Translations under genes and position numbers: made by a program | Assembly: GCA_964558115.1 (NCBI GenBank) | Contig: CAZLCI010000001.1 | Coordinates: forward strand, 6,336-70,335 | Length of the DNA: 64,000 nucleotides | Source of the DNA: an uncultured Nitrospinaceae bacterium | GTDB taxonomy: Bacteria; UBA8248 | Direction: 5' to 3' | Shown here: piece by piece, positions 48,674 through 58,370 of the stretch | Position numbering within the stretch: position 1 is the stretch's first letter | Layout of the letters: the number at the start of each line of letters is the position of its first letter | The notes under the pieces: generated by a model | Seen by the model: only the letters and a program-made list of their open reading frames with translations | What the model was told of the DNA's origin: nothing | Databases searched by the model: none

Positions 48674-49987
48674 GTGGATAAAAATATGAATTTTACTTTA
48701 GAAAAAATTGTAACATCTCGTTTTGAAGATCCTGATTGTCAAAAAATAGATGCTTATGAAAAAACCTCGGGTTACCAAGCAATCAGATCTATTTTAAATA
48801 AAAATATTTCAAGCGAGGACGTAATTGAAATTGTAAAAACATCTGGTCTTCGAGGAAGAGGGGGTGCAGGTTTTCCATGTGGATTAAAGTGGAGTTTTGT
48901 TCCTAAAGTTGATGGTCCAAAATACTTAGCTGTGAATGCAGATGAAGGCGAACCAGGAACTTTTAAAGATCGAGAATTAATGCTTCGAGATCCGCATCAA
49001 TTAATTGAAGGGATTTTAATTGCTTGTCATGCAGTTGGAATAGAGAAGGCGTACATTTATATTCGTGGAGAATACTCTGCTCCTATTTCAGTTGTTGAAC
49101 AAGCACTAGAAGAGGCATATAAAAAGGGTTATGTAGGGGAAAATATTTTTGATAGCAATTTTGATTGTGATATTTACGTTCACTCTGGAGCCGGTGCATA
49201 TATTTGTGGCGAGGAAACTGGTTTGCTAGAATCATTAGAAGGAAAACGAGGGCATCCACGTTTGAAACCCCCTTTTCCTGCTGTTGAAGGTTTGTATGGA
49301 CGACCAACTGTAATTAATAATGTAGAAACACTCTGTAATCTACCTCATATTCTTAATAAAGGTGCTGACTGGTTTTCTCAGATAGGTATAAATGAGAAAA
49401 ATTCTGGAACTCGCATGTATTGTGTTTCTGGACATGTAAAAAAACCGGGACTCTATGAATTGCCACTCGGACTTACTTGTGAGGAGATCATTGAAGAGCA
49501 TTGTGGTGGAATGATTAATGGTAAAAAATTAAAAGCGGTTATCCCAGGTGGTGCAAGTGCGCCAGTTTTAACTTCAAAAGAAGTTTATGAAGATAAAATA
49601 AAGATGGATTTTGATTCTTTGGCTGCGGCAGGAAGCATGGGTGGAAGTGGTGGTGTTGTTGTAATGGATGAATCAACTTGTATGGTCGAAGTTGCTGCTA
49701 GACTTTCTCGTTTTTTCGAACATGAGTCTTGTGGTCAGTGTTCTGTTTGTCGTGAAGGAACAGGATGGGTTTCCGAAATAATATCTCGGATAGAAAATGG
49801 TAAAGGGGTCATGCAAGACATTTCTACTTTAAAGTCAATTGACCCAAATATGAGAGGAAATACAATATGTGTTTTATCAGATGCATGTGCGATGATGTTC
49901 GGGGCAATTTTAAATAAATTTGAAGATGAATTTGAGGAGCATATAAGAAAGAAATGTTGTCCACTTAATAGTCCATATTCGGTCTAA
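48674..49987 (+). CDS. nuoF: NADH-quinone oxidoreductase subunit F (FMN, 4Fe-4S)
   Basis: 437 aa; GLRGRGGAGFPCGLKW FMN motif; ESCGQCSVCREG N3 cluster. Confidence 0.9.
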   Translation: MDKNMNFTLEKIVTSRFEDPDCQKIDAYEKTSGYQAIRSILNKNISSEDVIEIVKTSGLRGRGGAGFPCGLKWSFVPKVDGPKYLAVNADEGEPGTFKDRELMLRDPHQLIEGILIACHAVGIEKAYIYIRGEYSAPISVVEQALEEAYKKGYVGENIFDSNFDCDIYVHSGAGAYICGEETGLLESLEGKRGHPRLKPPFPAVEGLYGRPTVINNVETLCNLPHILNKGADWFSQIGINEKNSGTRMYCVSGHVKKPGLYELPLGLTCEEIIEEHCGGMINGKKLKAVIPGGASAPVLTSKEVYEDKIKMDFDSLAAAGSMGGSGGVVVMDESTCMVEVAARLSRFFEHESCGQCSVCREGTGWVSEIISRIENGKGVMQDISTLKSIDPNMRGNTICVLSDACAMMFGAILNKFEDEFEEHIRKKCCPLNSPYSV

Positions 49988-50012
49988 TTAAAATTAGTAT
50001 TGGAGATTCAGT

Positions 50013-52526
50013 TTGTCACAAGAATCAAACATAAATTTTATTTTTAATGGAAAAGAGTTAAAGGCAAAAAATGGTGAGCCTATTATTCAAGCTGCCCTAG
50101 ATGCAGGAATACATATCCCTCATTTTTGTTATCACAAAAATCTTTCAGTGGTTGGTCAGTGTCGCGCATGTTTAGTAGAAATCACAGATGCTGGAAATGG
50201 GAAACCAATCCCTAAACTGCAACCTTCTTGTGCAACATTTGCTTCGGAAGGAATGGTTGTAAGTTCTAAAACACCAAAGGTAGACGAAGCTCAAAAGGGT
50301 GTTTTTGAATTTCTCTTAAAAAATCATCCTTTAGATTGTCCTGTATGCGATCAGGGTGGAGAGTGTCCGTTGCAAGACCAAACTATGTCTTATGCTAATG
50401 CAATCAGTCGTACTCAAGAGCTTAGACGAATTTTTCCAAAAAAAGAAATTAGTCCGTTTATTAAACCTGAGATGAATCGTTGTGTTCATTGTACGCGCTG
50501 TATACGATTTACTTCCGAAATTGACGGTGGAGAAGAATTTGGTTGGGCTTTTAGAGGAGATAAAACTGAAGTGGGAATTTATGAGGATCTTCCACTATCT
50601 AGTATAGTTTCAGGAAATGTAATTGATATTTGCCCTGTAGGTGCTCTTACAGATAATAAATATCGCTTTACTTCGAGAGTATGGGAGATGGAACATAAAG
50701 ATACATCCTGTACTCTGTGTAGTATTGGTTGTAAGCAGCGTGTCTGGTCACAAGAGGGAGTTTTGAAAAGAGTAACAGCTTCTGAAAACCCAGATGTGAA
50801 TGATACCTGGATATGTGATGTTGCACGGTATGGTTGGAGCGGAGTCCATGCTGAAAATAGAATTAGTAAACCAATGATTAAAGTAGATGGTACTTTAAAA
50901 GAAGTTGATTGGCATGATGCGGTTCAGTATATAGCAGAAAAGTATATTTCTTTAAAACAAATAAATGGAGGGAACTCGTTTGCTGGTATAGGTGGTTCTT
51001 ATTCAAGCAATGAGACTGCATACCAATTCCAAAAATTCTTTCGTACTGTTTTAGAAAGCGAAAAAATAGATTGCAGAATACATCCACGTGATTTTTCGCA
51101 AACTGTTGCACAAATTTCTGTTTTCGGCCACACAGGTGGTTTTGCTAACTTATTGGATTTATCAAATTCTGATCATATTGTTTTGTTCGGTTCTGATCCT
51201 TTTTTAGAGCATCCGATTTTAGCTCTTCAAATAAGAAAAGCTCATTCAAAAGGTGCTTATATAGATAGTGTTAATCCTAGGAAAATCGATTTACGTTTAA
51301 ATAATAGGATGTCTCATTTTGTCCCATCGATAGGTCAAGAGATCAATTTTATTAAAGCAATTCAAAAAATTGTTTCAAAAAAACTCTTTCAAGATGGAAA
51401 GTCTAATTTGAGCAATGACAATCAATCAAAAGGATTTGATCGACTAGATGAGTTTCTGGAAAGAGTTTCTGCTGAAAATATAAATGAAAGTGAAATGGAA
51501 ATGTCTCTCTTAGAAGAAATTGCGAATAGATTGATATCAAAGAAAGATAAACTCACCTTTGTGATTGGCCCTTTTATAAGTGATTTTTCTTTAAACTTAG
51601 AAATCTTGAATCTTGCGAAGATTCTCGATTGTAATTTCTTTTATGCTAGTGTTCCACCGAATCTTCAAGGTGCATTTGATATGATTTCTCCTTCAATCGA
51701 GGCAAAAAATGAAGAAATTTTTGATTCTATTTTATCAGGTGATATTTCTTCATTGTATTTGATGGATTGTGACCCTGTTTCAGAACACCCTAATGGAAAA
51801 TTAGTCCGAGAGGCTATGGAGTCTTCCTGTTTCGTTCTTGTTCACGCTTCACATGTAAATGCTACTGTCCCTTTTGCTGATGTGATTTTGCCATCATTAA
51901 CCTCTTATGAAGAAAATGGTTCTTATACAAATATAGAGAGAAGAGTTTTAAGAAATAGAAGGGCGATTAAACCTGTTAATGGTTTATATGGAAAAGAAAC
52001 TTGGAAAGTTTTTAGCGAAATTGCAAAAGCTATGGAAATTCCAATGAAGACAAATTCTATAGAGCAAATACAAACTGAAATTTCTAAATCCTTAGATGAT
52101 TATGAGTTTGTTTATACAGCCTCAAAACCGTATGGAATTTGCTTATCTCAAGAAAAAGAAGGGCAGTTTGTATTTTCAGAAACATCTACTGTGGAAGAGA
52201 TGGACGAACATAGTCTCAAATTAATTTTAACTCCCCATTTACCTCTTTCGGGTGTTTATGTTTCCTCTTCATTTCATCTTTGGGATATGCCAGGTGCATG
52301 TATACGAATGTGTGAGGCAGATGGAAAAATGTTTGATGTTTCGAATGGGGACGAGATCGAATTTAAAGTTGGAGAGAAAATTTTAAAATTGCCAGTCGAA
52401 ATTGATCGATCTATTCCTGCTGGTCTAGTTTTCGCTCCCGAAGGGTTTTTGAAAATTTACAATGATAGTTTATTAAATATTGGAGAATTTTCTTTGCTCT
52501 TAGAAGAGAAGCAAGAAAATTCATAG
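50013..52526 (+). CDS. nuoG: NADH-quinone oxidoreductase subunit G
   Basis: 837 aa; N-terminal 2Fe-2S (CYHKNLSVVGQCRAC), HPLDCPVCDQGGEC, CxxCxxC 4Fe-4S, molybdopterin-like C-domain. Confidence 0.9.
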   Translation: MSQESNINFIFNGKELKAKNGEPIIQAALDAGIHIPHFCYHKNLSVVGQCRACLVEITDAGNGKPIPKLQPSCATFASEGMVVSSKTPKVDEAQKGVFEFLLKNHPLDCPVCDQGGECPLQDQTMSYANAISRTQELRRIFPKKEISPFIKPEMNRCVHCTRCIRFTSEIDGGEEFGWAFRGDKTEVGIYEDLPLSSIVSGNVIDICPVGALTDNKYRFTSRVWEMEHKDTSCTLCSIGCKQRVWSQEGVLKRVTASENPDVNDTWICDVARYGWSGVHAENRISKPMIKVDGTLKEVDWHDAVQYIAEKYISLKQINGGNSFAGIGGSYSSNETAYQFQKFFRTVLESEKIDCRIHPRDFSQTVAQISVFGHTGGFANLLDLSNSDHIVLFGSDPFLEHPILALQIRKAHSKGAYIDSVNPRKIDLRLNNRMSHFVPSIGQEINFIKAIQKIVSKKLFQDGKSNLSNDNQSKGFDRLDEFLERVSAENINESEMEMSLLEEIANRLISKKDKLTFVIGPFISDFSLNLEILNLAKILDCNFFYASVPPNLQGAFDMISPSIEAKNEEIFDSILSGDISSLYLMDCDPVSEHPNGKLVREAMESSCFVLVHASHVNATVPFADVILPSLTSYEENGSYTNIERRVLRNRRAIKPVNGLYGKETWKVFSEIAKAMEIPMKTNSIEQIQTEISKSLDDYEFVYTASKPYGICLSQEKEGQFVFSETSTVEEMDEHSLKLILTPHLPLSGVYVSSSFHLWDMPGACIRMCEADGKMFDVSNGDEIEFKVGEKILKLPVEIDRSIPAGLVFAPEGFLKIYNDSLLNIGEFSLLLEEKQENS

Positions 52527-52537
52527 GGATTTAAAAA

Positions 52538-53521
52538 ATGGCGATTGCAGGTGTAATTTTAATTAAAGTGATTGTAGTTTTTACCGTTTTATTAGTTCTT
52601 GCTGCTTATATGACCTGGATGGAACGAAGAGTTTTTGCTTTAGTTCAGGTTCGAGTAGGACCAAATCGGGTTGGTCCCGCAGGTCTTCTTCAGCCAATTG
52701 CTGACGGAATAAAACTAATGTTCAAAGAAACTTTGATTCCTGCAGATGCAAATAAAATTGTTTTTATTTTAGCTCCTACACTGACTCTCATTCCAGCTTT
52801 ATCTTCTATTGCAGTTATTCCCTTTGGAGATCAAGTTGAGATTTTTGGCTATAAGGTCGACTTGTTTTTGGCTGATGTAAATATTGGAATACTATATATT
52901 TTTGCTCTGAGTGGACTTGGTGTATACGGGATTGTTCTTGGTTCTTGGTCTTCAAATAGCAAATATCCTTTGCTTGGTGGACTGCGTTCTGCAGCCCAGT
53001 TAATTAGTTATGAATTGTCATTAGGAATGTCATTGCTTGGTGTAGTTATGTTGTCAGAGACATTAAGTTTAAAAGGAATTGTTGATGCGCAATCTGAAAT
53101 ACCTTTTATCATTTTACAGCCTCTAGGGTTTGTATTGTTTGTAATTTGTATGTTAGCAGAGACGAATCGAGCTCCATTTGATTTGCCTGAGGCTGAAAGT
53201 GAGCTAACAGGAGGATTCCACACTGAGTATAGTAGTATGCATTTTGCAGTATATTTTCTTGCTGAATATTGCAATATGATTACTCTTTCAGCAGTTGGTG
53301 CAACTTTCTTTTTGGGAGGATGGAGAGGCCCGTTCTTACCGCCAGTTGTTTGGTTTTTAATAAAAGTAATAGCTTTCATGTTTTTCTTTATGTGGTTAAG
53401 AGCAACTACGCCAAGGTTGAGATATGATCAATTGATGGATTTTGGTTGGAAGATTTTGCTTCCTGTCTCGATTTTAAATGCGGTAGCAACTGCAGGAGCT
53501 ATAACTTTTTTTAATTTATAA
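52538..53521 (+). CDS. nuoH: NADH-quinone oxidoreductase subunit H
   Basis: 327 aa; ERRVFALVQVRVGPNRVGP...[11 protein letters not shown] NuoH signature. Confidence 0.9.
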   Translation: MAIAGVILIKVIVVFTVLLVLAAYMTWMERRVFALVQVRVGPNRVGPAGLLQPIADGIKLMFKETLIPADANKIVFILAPTLTLIPALSSIAVIPFGDQVEIFGYKVDLFLADVNIGILYIFALSGLGVYGIVLGSWSSNSKYPLLGGLRSAAQLISYELSLGMSLLGVVMLSETLSLKGIVDAQSEIPFIILQPLGFVLFVICMLAETNRAPFDLPEAESELTGGFHTEYSSMHFAVYFLAEYCNMITLSAVGATFFLGGWRGPFLPPVVWFLIKVIAFMFFFMWLRATTPRLRYDQLMDFGWKILLPVSILNAVATAGAITFFNL

Positions 53522-53545
53522 ACTTCAGAAATATGAGGGATTTCA

Positions 53546-54025
53546 ATGTTTACAGCTATTTTTAGAGGTCTTTGGCTTACCCTGAAACATTCCTGGAAAA
53601 GCCGTGAGACGGTTCAATATCCTGAGCAAAAAGAGATTATGCCAAAAGGGTATAGGGGCTTACATAAACTTCTTCGGTGGGAGGACGGTCTTGAGCGTTG
53701 TGTTGGATGTAAACTTTGTTCTGCTGCTTGTCCAGTTGATTGTATATATGTTGAGTCTGAAGAGAATGAGTCTAATTCTCCTGTTTCTAAGGGAGAGAGG
53801 TATGCATCTATTTATGAGATCAATGAACTGAGATGTATTTTTTGTGGATACTGTGAAGAAGCATGTCCGGTTGGTGCAATTGTTCTTAGCAACGAGTACG
53901 AATTTTGCGCTGATGACAGAAATAAATTTTTATATGAAAAAGAAGATTTTTTAGTAGATAGGAACGAAGATTATCCTGAATTGAAAAATCGTTATCCTGA
54001 AGAAAAACTTCTTACATATTTATAG
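53546..54025 (+). CDS. nuoI: NADH-quinone oxidoreductase subunit I (2x 4Fe-4S)
   Basis: 159 aa; CVGCKLCSAACP and CIFCGYCEEACP ferredoxin motifs. Confidence 0.9.
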   Translation: MFTAIFRGLWLTLKHSWKSRETVQYPEQKEIMPKGYRGLHKLLRWEDGLERCVGCKLCSAACPVDCIYVESEENESNSPVSKGERYASIYEINELRCIFCGYCEEACPVGAIVLSNEYEFCADDRNKFLYEKEDFLVDRNEDYPELKNRYPEEKLLTYL

Positions 54026-54037
54026 GGTTTATGATTT

Positions 54038-54556
54038 ATGGCTTCAACTTTAGTTTTTTATTTCTTGGCTGTAGTGACCACAGTTGGCGCAGTTTCTGTT
54101 GTTGCCTTACCTAATCCGATGTATTGCGTTTTTAGTTTGATAGTAACTTTCCTTGGTCTTGCTGGATTATTCTTATCTTTGAACGCCCAATTTGTTGCGA
54201 TTGTTCAAATTATTGTTTATGCAAGTGCGATAATGATGCTTTTCTTGTTTGTGATTATGCTCATAAATTTAGACAAAGAAGAAAAAAAAGATTTAAAAAT
54301 TCCTTTTCAAAAACTTCTAGGCATTGTTTTTGGTTTATTCGTTTTTTTGGTCTTAATAATTGTTTTGAAAGATATGACTATTTCTGACCAACTCAAGGGA
54401 GTTTTCACTTCGCAGTTTATTAATGAAGTTGGAAATACTCAGTTAATAGGCCAATTGTTGCTATCGAAATATCTTTTACCTTTTCAAACAATGGGAGTCC
54501 TTCTTTTTGTCGGCATCATTGGAGCAGTTGTTTTAGGAAGAAAAAAAAGCCGTTAA
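54038..54556 (+). CDS. nuoJ: NADH-quinone oxidoreductase subunit J
   Basis: 172 aa; 5 TM, QIIVYASAIMMLFLFVIML motif. Confidence 0.85.
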   Translation: MASTLVFYFLAVVTTVGAVSVVALPNPMYCVFSLIVTFLGLAGLFLSLNAQFVAIVQIIVYASAIMMLFLFVIMLINLDKEEKKDLKIPFQKLLGIVFGLFVFLVLIIVLKDMTISDQLKGVFTSQFINEVGNTQLIGQLLLSKYLLPFQTMGVLLFVGIIGAVVLGRKKSR

Positions 54557-54573
54557 TTTTAGGATGAAAATAT

Positions 54574-54876
54574 ATGGTACCTTTAGAAAATTATCTCTTT
54601 CTTAGTTCAATTCTTTTTACGTTGGGTGTTATTGGCGTAATTGTAAGACGTAGTGTGATAGTTGTTATTTTATGTATAGAACTTATGATGAGTGGTGCGA
54701 ATCTTGCCTTTGTAAGTTATGGATATTTTTTAAATTCTATGGATGGGCAACTTATTGTTTTTTTTGTTATGGCTGTAGCTGCTGCAGAAGCGGCGATTGG
54801 TTTGGCGATTGTTGTAATGATATACAGGAATCGAGAATCTACTGACCTTGACGAAGTCAATTTGTTGAAATTTTAA
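54574..54876 (+). CDS. nuoK: NADH-quinone oxidoreductase subunit K
   Basis: 100 aa; 3 TM, AAAEAAIGLAIVV motif. Confidence 0.85.
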   Translation: MVPLENYLFLSSILFTLGVIGVIVRRSVIVVILCIELMMSGANLAFVSYGYFLNSMDGQLIVFFVMAVAAAEAAIGLAIVVMIYRNRESTDLDEVNLLKF

Positions 54877-54877
54877 T

Positions 54878-56806
54878 ATGAGCAAATTAATTCTCTTAAT
54901 ACTTTTTTTTCCACTGCTGGGTTTATTCGTTAACCTTTTTTTAATTGGAAAAGGTAAAAAAGACTTACTATCTGGCTGGATAGCTTCTGCAGCGATGTTG
55001 TCATCATTTCTTGTTTCTTTTTTTATATTTTTCAGTTTTCTCCTCGAGAGCCCAGAAGACAGGTTGTTTTCTATTTTCCTTTTTGATTGGATTCCTATTG
55101 GGAATTTGATAATCAAAGTTGGATTTGTCATCGATCCTATTTCTTCTATTATGACTTTAATTATTACTGGTGTTGGATTCATGGTCCATGTCTATTCTAT
55201 TGGATACATGCGTGAAGATTTGGGAGTCGTTCGTTATTTTATTTACTTAAATCTTTTTTCTTTTTCTATGTTGTTGCTAGTTTTAGCTGATAATTTTTTA
55301 TTAATGTTTGTCGGTTGGGAAGCTGTAGGTTTGTGTAGTTATTTACTTATAGGATTTTGGTATGAAAAACCTTCAGCAACAGAGGCGGGTAAGAAAGCCT
55401 TCATAGTTAATAGGGTTGGAGATTTTTGTTTTCTAATTGCCTTGTTTCAAATTTTAACTATTTTCGGAACATTTGATTTTACAGATATTTCTAAAAGTGC
55501 TTCTGAACTTTTTGTAAAAGATAGCCTTAATGTGAATTTATTATGTTTGTTTCTGTTTTTGGGAGCAGCAGGGAAAAGTGCCCAGGTTCCACTTCATGTA
55601 TGGCTTCCAGATGCTATGGAAGGCCCCACGCCTGTAAGTGCTCTCATACATGCGGCAACAATGGTAACTGCCGGGATTTATTTACTTGTTCGGAACGATG
55701 TTCTTTTTAGTCTTGCACCATCTACTCTTATGATAATAGCGATTATAGGAACTTTCACTTTGTTATTTGCGGCTTCTATTGCACTGGTTCAGAATGATAT
55801 CAAAAAAGTTTTGGCATACAGTACCCTAAGTCAGTTGGGCTATATGTTTTTAGCCTGCGGTCTTGGAGCCTATGCAACAGCAATGTTTCATCTTATGACT
55901 CATGCTTTTTTTAAGGCTTTGCTTTTTCTTGGTGCAGGAAGTGTAATTCATGCTATGGATGGGGAACAAGATATTGAAAAAATGGGAGGAATGAAATCGT
56001 ATATACCCAAAACCAGTTTTGTTTTTCTAATTGGTTCTTTGGCAATTGCAGGAATTTTTCCTTTAGCAGGATTTTTTAGCAAGGATGCAATTCTATTTTC
56101 GGCTTTTACAAGTCATTCTTTGTCTAATCTTTTTTGGGTTGCCGGAATACTTGGTGCATTAATGACTTCCTACTATACCTTTCGAGTGGTATTTAAAGTT
56201 TTTTATGGTGATAAAAATTTTGACGAAAATAAAATACATGTTCATGAATCACCACCGATTATGATTTTCCCCCTGTTTGTACTTGCTTTTTTTTCTATTG
56301 TAGGAGGATGGGTAGGTATCCCAATTATTTCAGGTGGAAATGTTTTTGCCGAATTTCTTTCTTCAGTTTTAAGTTCAGGAACTTCTGAAGGGACACATCA
56401 TAATTTAACTTTAGAACTTGTGTTGATGTTATTGTCTCTTGTTGTTGCTGTGTTAGGTATTTTTATAGCTTATCAAACCTGTTGTAAAAAACGTCAAATC
56501 TTTTCTAGGGTATCGATTTTTAATATCCGGATTCATTCGCTGCTTAAAAATAAATATTATGTTGATGAAATATATGATTTCGTCCTGGTGCGACCATTGA
56601 GATCGATAGCAAGTCTGTTTTTTAAACTTTTTGAGCAAAACATAATTGATGCAACAGTTAATGGTACTGGTCGGTTGGTAAAGTCTTTAGGATTAACGCT
56701 ACGTTCACTTCAAGATGGATATGTTAAAACATATGCAGTATCTATTTTGTTTGGCGCAGTATGTATTATTTTATTGTTAGTTTTTAATTTTTCAAATAGA
56801 TTTTAA
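54878..56806 (+). CDS. nuoL: NADH-quinone oxidoreductase subunit L
   Basis: 642 aa; antiporter-like, WLPDAMEGPTPVSALIHAATMVTAG motif, long C-terminal arm. Confidence 0.9.
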   Translation: MSKLILLILFFPLLGLFVNLFLIGKGKKDLLSGWIASAAMLSSFLVSFFIFFSFLLESPEDRLFSIFLFDWIPIGNLIIKVGFVIDPISSIMTLIITGVGFMVHVYSIGYMREDLGVVRYFIYLNLFSFSMLLLVLADNFLLMFVGWEAVGLCSYLLIGFWYEKPSATEAGKKAFIVNRVGDFCFLIALFQILTIFGTFDFTDISKSASELFVKDSLNVNLLCLFLFLGAAGKSAQVPLHVWLPDAMEGPTPVSALIHAATMVTAGIYLLVRNDVLFSLAPSTLMIIAIIGTFTLLFAASIALVQNDIKKVLAYSTLSQLGYMFLACGLGAYATAMFHLMTHAFFKALLFLGAGSVIHAMDGEQDIEKMGGMKSYIPKTSFVFLIGSLAIAGIFPLAGFFSKDAILFSAFTSHSLSNLFWVAGILGALMTSYYTFRVVFKVFYGDKNFDENKIHVHESPPIMIFPLFVLAFFSIVGGWVGIPIISGGNVFAEFLSSVLSSGTSEGTHHNLTLELVLMLLSLVVAVLGIFIAYQTCCKKRQIFSRVSIFNIRIHSLLKNKYYVDEIYDFVLVRPLRSIASLFFKLFEQNIIDATVNGTGRLVKSLGLTLRSLQDGYVKTYAVSILFGAVCIILLLVFNFSNRF

Positions 56807-56819
56807 AAAGGGTTCTATC

Positions 56820-58370
56820 TTGTTTCCTGTGATTAGTTGGATGATTTTTTCTCCTTTAGTTGGTGCTTTTTCTCTTTTGTTTTTTGGAGATAACAATCAA
56901 ACTCAATGTAAAAGAATTTTTTTCATTGCAATTGTTTCCAGCCTAATCTCTTTTCTCTTTTCATTGGTAATTTTTGTAAATTTCCAATCTTCTCCAAAAA
57001 TGCAATTTGTAGAGAATTTAAAATGGATAGAATCCATGGGGGTTTCTTATAGGGTTGGGTTGGATGGAATTAGCCTCCCGTTAATTTTACTTACGACTTT
57101 TTTAACCCCAATAGTTTTGCTGTTTTCTTGGGATGATATTAAGAAACGGATTCGTTTGTATTGCTTCTCTATGCTTCTTCTTGAAACCGCGATGTTAGGT
57201 GTTTTTGTTTCTTTAGATTTTTTTCTTTTTTACGTGTTCTGGGAAGCAATGTTAATTCCAATGTATTTCATTATTGGAATATGGGGTGGAAAGAAAAGAA
57301 TTTACTCCGCAATGAAATTTTTTCTATATACGATGAGTGGAAGTGTTTTGATGCTTATTGCAATTTTATGGCTATATTTTGCAACCGGTGTTGGAACTTT
57401 TAACATTTTAGTTTTCCTGAATTCTCCTGTTGACCCTTTGATTCAGACATGGCTTTTTGTTGCTTTTGCAATAGCTTTTGCAATTAAAGTGCCTATGTTC
57501 CCTTTTCATACCTGGTTGCCGGATGCACACGTAGAGGCGCCAACAGCGGGGAGTGTGATTCTTGCTGGTGTTCTTTTGAAAATGGGTACCTACGGTTTTA
57601 TAAGACTTGCAATTCCACTTTTTCCTGAAGCCGCTATCGCGTTTTCTCCCCTTTTTATTTTTCTTTCCTTGGTTGGCATTATTTATGGGGGATTGATGGC
57701 TATGATCCAAAGGGATGCCAAAAAACTTGTAGCTTATTCTTCTGTGAGTCATCTAGGATTTGTTATGTTTGGACTTTTCTCATTTAATCTTTTAGCCGTT
57801 GAAGGAAGTGTTTTGCAAATGGTCAACCATGGAATTTGTAGTGGGCTACTTTTTTTGATGGTTGGTATGCTCTATCGAAGAAGGCATACACGTTTGATAG
57901 ATGATTTTGGTGGGATCGCAAAAGTGATGCCTGTTTTTTCTGTTTTTTTTGTAATTACTGTCTTCAGTAGTATCGGACTTCCTGGTTTGAACGGTTTTGT
58001 CGGAGAATTTGCGATTTTGTCTGGTTCTTTCCAATCTCACGTTATCCCCACGATAATAGCTACTATTGGCGTTGTTCTTTCAGCTGTCTATATGTTGCCT
58101 ATGGTGCAGAAAGTAATTTTCGGAAAAATAAGAATAGAAGCGAATAAGATTTTAACCGATTTGAATATTCGAGAATGGTTTGTATTAGTGCCGATGATTT
58201 TTTTAGTTTTTTTGTTAGGTATTTATCCAAAGCCAATTCTTAAGATAATAGAACCTTCTACAAAGTCTTTACTTCTTAAAATTAAAGGACGTAAACTTAT
58301 TGCGAAAGAGGCGAAGAATATGAAACCTCGAATAGTTTTATCTTCAACCACTACTAGAGGGAACGAGTAA
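56820..58370 (+). CDS. nuoM: NADH-quinone oxidoreductase subunit M
   Basis: 516 aa; FPFHTWLPDAHVEAPTAGSVILAGVLLKMGTYG motif. Confidence 0.9.
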   Translation: MFPVISWMIFSPLVGAFSLLFFGDNNQTQCKRIFFIAIVSSLISFLFSLVIFVNFQSSPKMQFVENLKWIESMGVSYRVGLDGISLPLILLTTFLTPIVLLFSWDDIKKRIRLYCFSMLLLETAMLGVFVSLDFFLFYVFWEAMLIPMYFIIGIWGGKKRIYSAMKFFLYTMSGSVLMLIAILWLYFATGVGTFNILVFLNSPVDPLIQTWLFVAFAIAFAIKVPMFPFHTWLPDAHVEAPTAGSVILAGVLLKMGTYGFIRLAIPLFPEAAIAFSPLFIFLSLVGIIYGGLMAMIQRDAKKLVAYSSVSHLGFVMFGLFSFNLLAVEGSVLQMVNHGICSGLLFLMVGMLYRRRHTRLIDDFGGIAKVMPVFSVFFVITVFSSIGLPGLNGFVGEFAILSGSFQSHVIPTIIATIGVVLSAVYMLPMVQKVIFGKIRIEANKILTDLNIREWFVLVPMIFLVFLLGIYPKPILKIIEPSTKSLLLKIKGRKLIAKEAKNMKPRIVLSSTTTRGNE